From positions 93,656,477 to 93,720,476 of the forward strand of contig JASCQW010000081.1 of the NCBI GenBank assembly GCA_030264375.1: 64,000 nt of DNA, given 5' to 3'. Positions 1 to 11,135 of the stretch are shown here, piece after piece (positions within the stretch are counted from its first letter, which is position 1; each line of letters opens with the position of its first letter). Source of the stretch: Carcharhinus longimanus. Its lineage: Eukaryota. The notes under the pieces were generated by a model that was given only the letters and a program-made list of their open reading frames with translations, had not been told where the DNA came from and ran no database searches. The translations under genes and the position numbers were made by a program.

Positions 1-55
1 GATCCCATGCCCCCTTGATTTCTCAATAAGCCTTGCATGGGGGACCTTATCGAAC
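1..55 (-). mobile_element. CR1-clade LINE RT fragment, cut by the window edge
   Basis: Reverse strand translates FDKVPHARLIEKSRGHGI, matching the CR1 RT motif (K)AFDKVPH..L..K...HGI. Confidence 0.8.
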
Positions 56-239
56 GTCAGGCTGAAGTATCGTATTATCGATCTGAGAAGGGAGGTGTGA
101 ACATATCGGTTGGGTGGGGTGAGAGCAAGAACGATGATTCAAAAGTATAGACGTCAGAATTCAATACAAATATGACGCAATTTGTTTACCCTAACATATT
201 CATTTAAAAAAATGACTAGTGTTGTAATATTTACAAATA

Positions 240-1060
240 AAGGACATTTGAATTCAGCAGCACTATTTTTCCCCTGAACTAAAGCTTAGAGACATAAAGT
301 AACATCGGGAAAAAAACGGCTGAAATACAATAAGAGGATAAGTGGAGGATTTCAAGAAAATTACAATTGTCAGGGAAGTGTTGCTGAACAAAAGTTCTGA
401 GTTGCAGTGTGGAAGGTTCTTGTGTGCTGACAGATGTTTTCCTAGGTGGCTAGCTGGAACGGTCACGTTGTGTTAATTTGCAGGAAAAAAAAAACAAATC
501 GCAGATTCGGGTAAAGCTCTTTCAGATTGAAAAGAAACATGAATTCAAATCTGCCATACATAAACGGAGGCAGAATGAAAGATTTATACCAGTTAGACTT
601 AATATCTGTTAAAAGAACATGAGAACGTATTTAAAAAAATACGTTTCATCGGGGCTTGTGGAAATAAAACCCAGTTAACCTGACCAAGTAGCCATGGCTT
701 TCTGAAGGCCAAGTTATTTTCAACCAATTCGACTCGTTTGGCTGATTTTTGTTTTCTATGAGGAAGTTTGAGCAGGATGGGCTTGTATCCATTGTAGCTT
801 ATTAAGTTAAGTACTTAATTTAATGACCTATGTGTGATGATAACAGTTCTTCAGAGGGTAGATTGGAGAAGAAACTTGAACAAACAACTCTTTAATTTAC
901 TTATTTTGGGCAGGAATGAGAATGTTTTTATGTTCTGCAAGCAGGTAGTAATTTTCAGGAACTAATTTCCTCATCAGGAATAAAGAATTTGGGCATTGAA
1001 TGCATGTTGAGGTCCATCAGCCAGGATCTTCTTGAATAGACTTGGAGTAGAATGGTCTAC
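240..1060 (+). mobile_element. Old, internally deleted CR1/HER1-like LINE
   Basis: Decayed motifs: atttataccagttagacttaatatct (about NYRPVSLTS), agccatggctttctgaaggccaag (about QHGF.KGKS), tatgaggaagtttgagcaggatgggcttgtat (about YEERL.RLGLY). Ends in a degenerate CR1 3' UTR (gaatggtctactcc). Confidence 0.6.
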
Positions 1061-2689
1061 TCCCCTATCAAATTCAAGTGTTTGAATGTCGTAGCTTTCC
1101 TATCGTATGCTTTCGTGTCACTCATTCCTCAGTACTGATTCAAATTAAATCTGAATGAAACCTGAATCATTCTCATGTTAATCATGGCGGGTTTCTTCAT
1201 TACTATAAACATAGGCTGATTCTATCATTACAATCTATTTCTGATATCATTGAAAAAATACTTCTAATTTATAATTTGGAATAAAATAATAATTCAACAA
1301 TTTTCCAATATTTTAACCGGATAATTCACGAAGGGAGATAATGACAAAATTAAGAGGGGGGGGAGGTCTTTCGGGTAATGACAAACTTAAGTGCTGGCGA
1401 TTACTCGAAAGCTGTTCGAGTTTTTTGGAGGGTCCAAGCTGCGCAAATATTCTGCTTTCAGTTTTCATCATTCGACCTGAGAAGTACAGTAGAAGCCGCT
1501 TTGAACATTAAACGACATATAATACTACCAAGCTAATAGGTTACCGAGTTGTATTCTGAATTGTCCTGCCTCTGAAAAGAAAAAACGACTGTTTATTTCC
1601 CTTTTCAACTTCCGAATGAATGCCGTACGGAAGAATGAAGGAGAAGCATCGGCATAAATTATTTTAGATTATCTCCTTGTCGATAAATTGTAAGGGTAAT
1701 TCAGAACAATGTTTGTACGTTTCGATATAAAGCAATGAAACACTACGCACCCACAATGTCGCAGTAAATTTCTCCCAAGACAACACATGCAGTTACCACA
1801 GAACAATCCACATTCACTTTTAAAACCTGTCAGCTTTGGCGCAATTCTCATCAAGAACTCTAATGGAAGCATGAATTGAAATAAAAAAAAACGTTAAAAT
1901 AGTTTTTTTCAACCAACTGTTGTTTGGATAATATCAGTTGGTACTGAGCAATTTATGTTGTTCTCGTCACGCGACAACATCTGGCAAATTTAAATTGTGC
2001 AGCAGAATAGTACGTTTGTTTTGGCACTGAGGGAACATGTGTGAGGCATCATCCAAGTAAATCTTATTCATCTGCACTATTACCTTGTGTCACCGGTTGC
2101 CAATTGAAATAGAAGCAGCATGCCAATATATGTTTTCAAGGGTTGAACGTGACTTTCGAATTTATGGACCCTGGAAAGTCGATTGAGACTAATAACGTTT
2201 AATGCTTTTGAACACAATTTTAAGCATTCCTTTACTAATTTTCGTAACAAAAACTCTAGTTCTGAATAAAGCCAGATGTTCTGCAAAGTGCTTTTCCGTG
2301 AAAACGGTCTTCGCGGAGAACAAATAATCGTATATCTGGACATTCTTTTTTTCACAAGAGTAATTCCTTTCTTTCATGTTACAGGTTATGTTTGGAGGAT
2401 TTACCTTATTCTTCTTGATTCTTCATCCGAATATTCATCTCAAGCGAACCTGCTTTAGCTACCCAACTTTTGTAACTTGACTAATGTTGCCACAATTATT
2501 GCATTCACAACGATCGCTCAAAATGTCAGTTCCGGGTTCATCGATTTTTGGCACATGCGTGTAACGGTTGGTGATGTTTTGAATTCTTATTGCAGGTTCA
2601 CAACTTGAGTTCTTTTTCCTGCTGCAAAATGTGAAGTTTGATTTTTTTTTATTTAGCAGCCATATCCTTCGAAAGTGCAACCTCTTACA

Positions 2690-3105
2690 GTTGGCAAGTG
2701 GGAGGCTTTTAAGGGCAAAATGAAATGGTTGCAGGGGAGGTATGTTCCGGTTAAGCGGAAGGANNNNNNNNNNNNNNNNNNNNNNNNNNNNNNNNNNNNN
2801 NNNNNNNNNNNNNNNNNNNNNNNNNNNNNNNNNNNNNNNNNNNNNNNNNNNNNNNNNNNNNNNNNNNNNNNNNNNNNNNNNNNNNNNNNNNNNNNNNNNN
2901 NNNNNNNNNNNNNNNNNNNNNNNNNNNNNNNNNNNNNNNNNNNNNNNNNNNNNNNNNNNNNNNNNNNNNNNNNNNNNNNNNNNNNNNNNNNNNNNNNNNN
3001 NNNNNNNNNNNNNNNNNNNNNNNNNNNNNNNTGAATGGCGGGGCAGGCTCGAAGGGCCAGATGGCCTACTCCTGCTCCTATTTCTTATGTTCTTATGTTC
3101 TTATG
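2690..3105 (+). mobile_element. Young CR1/HER1 LINE, interior collapsed in the gap
   Basis: Left of the gap: WEAFKGKMKWLQGRYVPVKRK (ORF2 linker). Right of the gap: canonical 3' end tgaatggcggggcaggctcgaagggccagatggcctactcctgctcctat plus a (ttcttatg)n tail. Confidence 0.9.
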
Positions 3106-3215
3106 AGAGGGTATGGAGAACGGGTAGGACAGTGGAATGGAAGCTCAAGACAGCAGTCGACTTTGTATTGAACGGTGGAGCAGGCTGGACGGACTGCATT
3201 GCCCACTTCAGATTT
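3106..3215 (+). mobile_element. Older CR1 3' UTR fragment
   Basis: gagggtatggagaacgggtaggacagtgg...ttgaacggtggagcaggctggacggactg resembles a second CR1 3' end. Confidence 0.6.
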
Positions 3216-4479
3216 TTGTTGTTCTGCTGCAATATTCTTCTGACCTTGTACTTACCCTGGAGACTTTTAAGTAGATGTAATTTTGAACGAACTCGACATT
3301 AAAACAAAACATCCCTTATTTTTAAATTTGTCAGCCACTGTCCAAAATCTCACACTTTTTCAATCAAAAATACCCTTCTTTTAAAACAGCATTAGGTGAT
3401 TTTTTTTTTGTTTATTTCATCTTCTTCCCTTGTCAGTTATATTTTTAATCCTGTTCAGGCTTCTCCGTAATGTACCAGATGTCCTTCAAGTAAAAATTTC
3501 CTCGACGCCATTGGACCTATTATCTGATGCCTTAATTTTAGCACCGGCATTTCTCTCTAATGCAATAAAGGGCCACTATCAATTCGCACATCCTTTTGTG
3601 CACAATCTATACAGTGGACTATGAAGCCGTGAATCTCTTGATAGATAGCAACGCGAAAATATAACTTAGTACAAGTGAGAGGAACGTAATTTCCTCACCA
3701 TCCTTTGGTTCCTTTTTTTTAGTCTTGGTGCCTTTTGGAGACAGAAGTTAATATTTTTGTCTGTATTTGAGGAAAAAAAAGATTAATTTTCATTTAGATT
3801 TGATCAATCTCCTGTGTTTACTTGTTACACGCTCACCATGATGCCCCATTTTGTCTTGACATGTTGACAGCTAAATGATGCGACCAACAAACTTTTACAT
3901 TAAATTGAATATGTGAAATTTACATCTTGTTGACGGAGTTAAATGAGCAGAATGAGATAACTGAGCACTAATGCATAATTTTCAATGTTAACCCCGCGTC
4001 GTACCAGCTTGATTTTTTTTTAAGTCTCTGCAACTGGAGCACAGCAAATTGCCATTGTGCCTGCTCATCATGTGGCATTATTTTGCGTTGAGTTAAATGA
4101 GAATATATTAGGCTGGATATGTACATGCCAGAATTATAATAGTAATATAATTCAGAAAGGATAACTCAGTGCAGGAGAGAGGAAGCACTGTGTTAAGGAA
4201 GGGCAGTAAGATGCATCAGGAAAGGGTAATAACTGTGCTGCAACAAATTGTAACATTTCCCTCAAATGTATTAATGATAAATGCTTCATTTTGAATAGAT
4301 TGCGACCAGTAAACGACAGGCGGGGTAAAGTTTTCAGAGGAATGACACTAGTACGACATGAATTATTTGTTTCAGGCTTTACCAAATTAAAAAAAAAGTC
4401 AATACACAATTCGAAATAAGAGTGTTGAGCAATTGAGCACTGATACAATGGATCAGGAGATTCAGAAAGGCTAGCAACA

Positions 4480-5280
4480 CAGAAGATGGAGAAGCCGTTC
4501 GGCCCAGATGGGTTGCATTGGGAATTGCAGAGATGTGAAGAAGAATATTGAGAAGCCGTAAACCTAACAGTACCTGAAATCTATGAACACAGGGCTAGAG
4601 GGCTACAAGTGTCAAAACTGTGTATACGACATGGGCAAAGGGTAATCCAGCAACCTACAAACGTGTCAGGTTAACATGAATAGCAGAACAGCCAACTCGG
4701 CTTTGCCAAGTGTAGGTCGTGTCTGGTAAATTTAACTATTTTATTTGACACAGGCACTGAGTAAGGCTTTAGCGGGTGTTCATGCTCTATGTATAAAGGG
4801 AAGATCGTATCCGCCTACTTCACAACAGTTTCACCTGGCCTGACCACCTTCAGGGATTTAGGGACTTGGACTTCGAAGTCCAGCTGCTCTTGTACTCCCC
4901 TCAGAATTGCGCCTTGGGCCCTTTATTATATTTATCCGTTGCCAATGAACGTTTGGTTACCACATCAAAATATTTGGGACAGATGGGTTATTGACAACAT
5001 GCATTACAAGTTGCCTAAAAGATAGGGAATGGAACGTGAATGTAGATGGGTATTGTTTCGACTGATGACGAGTTGAAAATGGTGTTTCTTAGGGATCCGT
5101 TATTGTGAACCTTGCATTTTCTGATTTGTTTAAATGATTTAAAGCTCGTTGCAGAGAGCAAAATATCTGAATTTGCAGATAATATGAAGCCGGAGGGAAT
5201 ATTCAGCTGTGATTATAATGCTGAATGAAATCAGAGAGACAATGACAAATTGGTCAAATGTCGTGCCCTGGCTGATAATG
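4480..5280 (+). mobile_element. Decayed CR1 RT fragment containing an inverted CR1 piece (about 4810-4965)
   Basis: Plus strand: EKPFGPDGLH (KSPGPDG), QLGFAKCRSCLVNL (QHGF.KGRSCLTNL), ENGVS*GSV (SGVPQGSV), KISEFADNMK (ISKFADDTK). The insert reads ILRGVQEQLDFEVQVPKSLKV on the minus strand. Confidence 0.75.
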
Positions 5281-5282
5281 TT

Positions 5283-5460
5283 TGAGTAAGAAGTCTCACA
5301 ACACCAACTTATTGCCCGACCAATTTATTTGATACTAATGCCACAAACTTTCGGGTATAGTGTTCCTTCGTCAGGTCTGTGGAAGGTTCTGATCAGAGAA
5401 GGGCATATAAATTCACACACAGTTTACAGAATACCTATTAGAATGTAATCAATGTAATCG
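5283..5460 (-). mobile_element. Penelope-like element terminal repeat (pLTR) fragment
   Basis: gtaagaagtctcacaacaccaacttattgcccgaccaatttatttg is homologous to the arms at 37232-37283 and 37418-37469, and the segment carries a hammerhead core. Confidence 0.75.
5341..5376 (-). ncRNA. Minimal hammerhead ribozyme motif, PLE-associated, degenerate stem II
   Basis: Minus strand reads AC-CTGACGA(5374-5368)-AGGAACACTATACCC-GAAA(5352-5349)-GTTTGTGG. The CUGANGA and GAAA core boxes are intact and lie in a PLE terminus. Confidence 0.6.
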
Positions 5461-5479
5461 TTAGAACATCGCAAAATGA

Positions 5480-5930
5480 TCACCTCCCCATCGTCTAGGT
5501 TTCAAGGTGTAAAAAACAACACAATTCCTATTTTTTTTTAAATCTAAAATTCCTCACCCATGGTAGTATTCTAGTAAACTTCCTTTCAACGTTCTGGGGC
5601 TTTAACATCCATTCTTAAATAATGAGCATATGACTTAAAACAATATTCCAAATTGCGTCAGAAAAATGATTTGCTGAGGGGTAGCTTCTCTCCTTTGTTT
5701 TTATAATCTATGCCACTATTTATAAACACAACGATTTTCTAAGCTCTTTTTAACTGTTTGTCGACTTACATAGCCACGTTAGTGAATTGGAGACTTGAGA
5801 CCAGATTTGCACCTCCTCTTGTACTTACCTCAAAATTGTGTATTTGAATCTATATTAACTTCTCACGTTTCGTCTATTAAAATGTATTTCTTCACAATTC
5901 GTTGGATCGAAATTTATCATGATGTAGATG
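5480..5930 (-). mobile_element. CR1 ORF2 C-terminal fragment nested between PLE pieces
   Basis: Minus strand resembles the CR1 block RPQLEYCVQFW...RKDVKALERVQRRFTRM (seen as caatttggaatattg, gaatggatgttaaagccccagaacgttgaaaggaagtttactagaatactacc). Confidence 0.65.
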
Positions 5931-5942
5931 TAGATTTATCAT

Positions 5943-6200
5943 GATTTCGGTAAGCGTTCTCCAATGCGAAGTTCACGACACGTGACAGCTCGGCAGAGAC
6001 TGATAGCCAAGTTCCACTCACATGAGGACGGTTTCAACCGGGATCTTGGGTTCATGTCGCACGATCTGTAACCCCCTTGCGTTGTCTGGGCTTCTAAAAT
6101 CTCACTTACTGTCCTGTATGGAGACAGTACACATCTCTTTCACCGATGCTTTTGCTATCTCCACTCACAGTGTCTGCATCTTTAAGACTTGAATAGCAGG
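5943..6200 (+). mobile_element. Penelope-like element ORF C-terminus and 3' region
   Basis: Translates VSVLQCEVHDT*Q / ARQRLIAKFHSHEDGFNRDLGFMSHDL* (stop 6069-6071), resembling the end of the PLE GIY-YIG domain (EQ.LI.KF.T...GLN.D). Confidence 0.75.
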
Positions 6201-6600
6201 TTAGCAAGTAGGGAGGTGAACATTTTGAGATGTTCCGTGTTATGAGAAATCCAAACAGGATAACGAAGAGCACTCAGTTTTGGTTAGTTGGTTTCTCACT
6301 GTCCAGGTGGTCACAATTTCAAGAACAGCAGCAGGAGGGCTAACAGTGAGATGAGGAAAGGGGTATCGACTTGAAAATTTGTTGGAACTGGATTTCAGAG
6401 TCTGGGAGCATGGTGAAGGCGGATATCTCAAGGGATAAGCAAAAGAGTTGGATACATCTTTACAAGTGTTTTTTTTTTAAGAGGGAAACAGTAACAGCGA
6501 TTTCGGGTTGGATTTGTTGCATAGTAATTGAGAAGCTTTTGCAAACAGGATGGACAGAATGGCCTTCTACGCTGCGACCTCGACAATTCTATGGAATATC
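6200..6600 (+). mobile_element. Old CR1 3' fragment
   Basis: ggtggtcacaatttcaag...gagatgaggaaa (about RGH.FK...EMRK), ending ggatggacagaatggccttctacgctg...attctatg. Confidence 0.6.
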
Positions 6601-8684
6601 CAGTTATCTCACGATTACTCAAGAAGCATGCGATGCACATGGCATAGGAGGCAGTGGTTAAATGATAACCTGACTGTGTTGGAAATGCAAGGGGATGGAT
6701 TAGTGGTTTGGCCCACGGATTTAAATATCACTATATCATTTGACGGAACATAAATTAATTGAATAAACGTGCCACTAAAATCAAAAATGATATTGCGAAG
6801 ACAGTACGCTGTCTTCGCAAAACACAGACACAGCAATACGTCAGGTACCCAAATTCGCCCTTACTTGCTTAGCAAGACATGCAATTTTATAAAGCAATAG
6901 TGAAATCCACTTTCTATCTTTCGTTCCTTTTGTTTTCGTTACATTCATTGCTAGGGTGTAGTTCCGCTTTGCCACTTTCTGTTAACTTACTTAGTCTTCC
7001 CCCGCATGTAATTCTTACCGCAGTTCACACCGTTCCCTGATTGTTTATTTTAATGTCCCGCTGGACAATTACAGAAATACTATTCAAGTTAAGTTCTTCC
7101 AAACAGCACCGCTCCCACTTTCCCCAGAAAACAAAAAAAAAATTAAAGCACAGGAAGCGGAAACAACTTCTCCAAAGTCATTTATTACGTTATGCATTCA
7201 TCTGTATAATTACATTTACACTTTGACAATATGCACAGATCTCAGGAAGCAATGTAATGATTATTATGATCCCACGTCACTTTAATAAAATAAGTTAGTG
7301 CTAACCCCTCGCACTATTTATGAAAGACGTATTTTCTAGAAGTTCCTCTGTCGTTGAAGGCAGAAGTGCCTGTCCAACTAAATAACTTTTCCACAAGTAG
7401 CACTATTTTTTTGTTCAAGTCTTCAGTATTACATCATAATTAGCCTTTGGCTAGCCTGTCATTTACAGATGAAACCCTTGATGGTGATTATTGCAATAAC
7501 CCTGGACATTTGTCTTTGTTCCAAGGAGTAAAGTTCCTTCTTTCCCACATTATCGACACCTACGCATTTTGAAATTCAACCTTATGCTGCTAACAACAAA
7601 CACTATCATGTGACACTAGCAATAAGAATAGGGCCAGCGTAAGCACATTAATTCCCACCATTCTATCGGTTGTAGCTCGCACTCCAGCTCATCAGCTCCA
7701 TATTATAACTGCTTAGAAGGCATGTAGTCAATACCTATGTGATTGTAATGAACTCCAATTTCACACACAAATAGGACATGAAAATAGCCAATCCCACCAT
7801 CTTTATGACATTAATTAAACTTACGTATTTCAGAATTCGTTTTTCTCCTCCACTGGGCTATTTGAATTAGACAGTCTATGTGCATTGATTTGACAGTTAG
7901 CAAACTTGAACTGCTGACATTTTTAATCATTGCTAAATCGCGTCAACTGAGATGTGTATATCAATGCACATTCTAATTAGTTCCAATAATCAGCAAGGCA
8001 TGAAAACTTAAACAAAACAGGCGTTGCTTAGCAAAATAACTGTCCAATTCTATGAAAGCGTTTTTTTAAAGTCATGCCCTTAAAGAAAGGGATTTTTCTA
8101 AAATCTGCAATCCAGATAAGGAGCATCAGCAGCCAAACTTTTATCGTTTCCGTTGATTTGATTGTTAAGACATAAAATTGTAATGCGCAAATGGTGTCAT
8201 AAAAGGCCGGACCCATTCAAAATATAAATTTTGAATTGACCACTGGGACGTTGTTGATTGTCTCCAGTAAAGTGAAGGTCTGATTGAATGATGCACACGT
8301 AATACGTTATCTCCATTAATGTAAGATTTCGTCACCATTCTCAATCAATGCACGAAGTGGAGGGAAATGGCAAAAATATTTCCAGGATTGTAGATAAAGA
8401 ACATGGGAATGGGTGGTCCAAATATCTGGCACAAACAAAGATGACAGGACTCATCTTCTTTGCTAAATAACACAAATTCTTATACCCCAGAGAAGTGTCG
8501 GGAAGGAGGGGAGCAATATATTTTTCATTGTCGAGAGCAAGTTGACCAAACGTCAAAAGTGGTAGAAGCGTGCGAGAACCAAGCTACCCACCCATCCTCC
8601 CCTGCAAGCACCATTCACCACAACAGAAAGCAGAATATGCACGTAGCACCTTGGTGTCCTCATTCAAGATTGGGGATTGGGAAA

Positions 8685-10127
8685 TGTTTTGCTTTGTTTA
8701 AAAAGGGCTGCATGGAAAAGTTATGGAATAACAGGCCAGTGAGCCTCACATCTGTGGTGGGTAAGCTGTTGGAAGGTATTTCGAAAGACAGGTTCTGCAA
8801 GCATTTGTTGAGGTAAAGATTAATTAAATACAGTTAGCATAGTTTTGTGAGTGGAAAATCAAGTCTCACAAATTTTATTGTGTTTTTTTTAAGGGGTAAC
8901 CACAAGGTAGATGAAGGCAGTGTAGGTGATGTTGTCTACAAGGTCTTCGGCAAGAACTTTGACAAGGTACCGCATTATAAATTATTGCATAAGGCAAAGT
9001 CTCACTGGATGCAGGATGAGGTATCTAAATGGATACAAAAATGTCTTCCTGACAGAAGCCAAAGGGTGTCGTAGATAATTGTATTTTTTTTCGAACTGGA
9101 AGACTGTGAACAACGGTGTGCTCGCTGATCAGAGCTGGGTCCACTGTTATTTATCATTTATAATACTGATTTGGATGAGACTATAGGAGGCATGGTTAAT
9201 GAGTTTGCAGATGAAACCAAGATTTGTGGCATAGTGGACAGTGAAGAAAGTTATCTCTGATTGCAATAGGGTCTTGAGCAATTGGATCAGTGGGCTGCTG
9301 AATGGCAGGTGGAGTTTAATTTAGACAAATGTGAGGTGATGCATTTTGGTAGATTGAAACAGGGCAGGACTTAGTCAGTTAATGGTAGGGCGTTAGGGAG
9401 ATTAACAGAAAAAAAATGATCAAAGGGTACATGTTCATAGCTCCTTTGAAGTGGAGTCACAGATGGACAGAGTGGTGAAGAAGGTGTTTGTAATGATTGG
9501 TTTCATCGGTCAGAATATTGAAAGCAGGGATTGGGGCGTCTTGTTGAAGTTGTATAAGACGTTGGTAATGCCACACTTGTTGTATGCAGTTCTTGTCACC
9601 CGAGTATCGAAATGATATTATAAAACTAGAAAGAGTGTAGAAAAGATTTACTCGGATGCTACTGGGACTTGATGATTTTGATTATAAGGAGAGGCTGGAC
9701 AGACTGCGACTTTTTTTATTCTCTGGAGCGTAGAAGGCTGAGGGATGATCTTACACAGGGTCTATAAAGTAATGAGGGGCACTGATCAGCTGGATAGTCA
9801 ATATCTTTTCCCAAAAGTAGGAGAGTCTAAAGCTAGAGGACGTAGGTTTAATGTAAGAGGGGAGAGAGTTGAAAGTGTCCAGAAGGGCATTTTTTTTTCA
9901 CAGAGGGTGATGAGTGTTTGGAAGAAGCTGTCAGAGGTAATTATAGAGGCCGCTACAAAATGGTATTAAAAAAAAACATTTAGATAGTTATATAGATACG
10001 ACAGGTATAGAGGGATATGGGGCAAATGCGGGTAATTGGAATTTGCTTAGCGGTTAAAAAGGATGGCACGGACAAGTTGGGCCGAAGGACCTGTTTCCAT
10101 GCTGTAAATCTCTATGACTGTATGATC
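8685..10127 (+). mobile_element. 5'-truncated HER1/CR1 LINE (RT to 3' end), inactivated by stops and frameshifts
   Basis: LFKKG...NNRPVSLTSVVGKLLE, SGKSSLTNF, FDKVPH, EFADETK (9201-9221), WQVEFNLDKCEVMHFG, FFSQRVMSVWKKL. 3' end ttgggccgaaggacctgtttccatgctgtaaatctctatgactgtatga. Confidence 0.95.
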
Positions 10128-10599
10128 TGAGAAAAAATACTTTCCATGTACAAGACAATAATCACTGATTCCGAAGTACTTGCTCAGAAGAATTTTTTTT
10201 TAAAAAAGCTCAATGTTTCTCAGTGTGACATGAAATAGTGCTTTTTTTTAAAAGAGAAACACGCAGTATCATGATAATTCCATATTCGCTTACCTGAAGG
10301 AGATTTATTTTTCCCATGCTGTTCTGAAACAGAAATTAAAAAGTTTTAATCTGTGCATGTCATGTTAACTTTTTAAAGAGTTTGAACTTTCCTATCTGCT
10401 CTGTTTTGCATTTGGATAATAATGAATCTACTTTGAAACTAGCATTTGCCATGTTTTCGACTGATTCTCAAAATTCTTGCCGCAGAATATCGCTAGTTTC
10501 ATTTTACAAAAAAACTTCCGCAAAGGCCGCATTTCTCTTATCAGCTAAACATTCAGCACTTCGTGATACGTACTGAATAAAAATTGAAAAATTATTCCT

Positions 10600-11135
10600 T
10601 GTGTCGTGATGGAATGCTGCACATATTTACCAGTCAGATTCCTGGAATGACGGGATTGACGGATGTGGAGAATACTTAAAGCACACAATATAGAAGGACG
10701 GCATTCAGCACGGACTCACACACGGAACATTTTACTAAGTTCTTATCACCGTATCCCCCTGTGTACGTCAAGTTCATGCTTCATCACATCTTGGGACATT
10801 AAGGGACAATTTAGCCAAGAAAATGCCCCTTAGGCAAGAAGATGCCGACGATGGAAGTGTAGAACCATGGATCGCTGTCCAAGGGTACCAGGTAGACCAT
10901 TTTGTACTAAATGGGGAGAAATATATTTAGCCAGAGTGCGATGAGCCCGTGGAAATCCCCACCACAATGAACAACTGAGGCCATAACACTTGATGTTTTC
11001 AACAATAATTTGCATATACCTCTGGAGGCTAAATGGATCAAACACCAAGGGGGACAGAGGAAACTGGTTTCTGAGTATTGTGATTTGACATTCACAATAA
11101 ATGGCAAAACAGGATTGAAGGGCTTAAATCAACAT
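10600..11135 (+). mobile_element. CR1 3' fragment interrupted by an HE1-like SINE piece (about 10680-10830, minus)
   Basis: tttaccagtcagattcctggaatgacggg (about FTRLIPGM.G) and WKSPPQ*TTEAITLDVF (about WNSLPQKAVEA). The insert has acatcttgggacattaagggacaatttagc, shared with the SINE at 59550-59918. Confidence 0.6.

Noticed and set aside
2080-2625. Cluster of overlapping minus-strand ORFs with an acceptor-like site near 2622 and a donor-like site near 2083
   Set aside because: Stops in every frame across the span and no recognisable protein.
2675-3302. 119 and 186 aa ORFs, and all other X-containing ORFs
   Set aside because: They read through N gaps; here the real sequence is CR1 linker and 3' UTR.
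5062-5078. CTGATGA-CGAGTT-GAAA hammerhead-like string
   Set aside because: Lies inside a decayed CR1 RT coding segment (about SDWR.V.SG) and has no stem III or UH site; coincidental.
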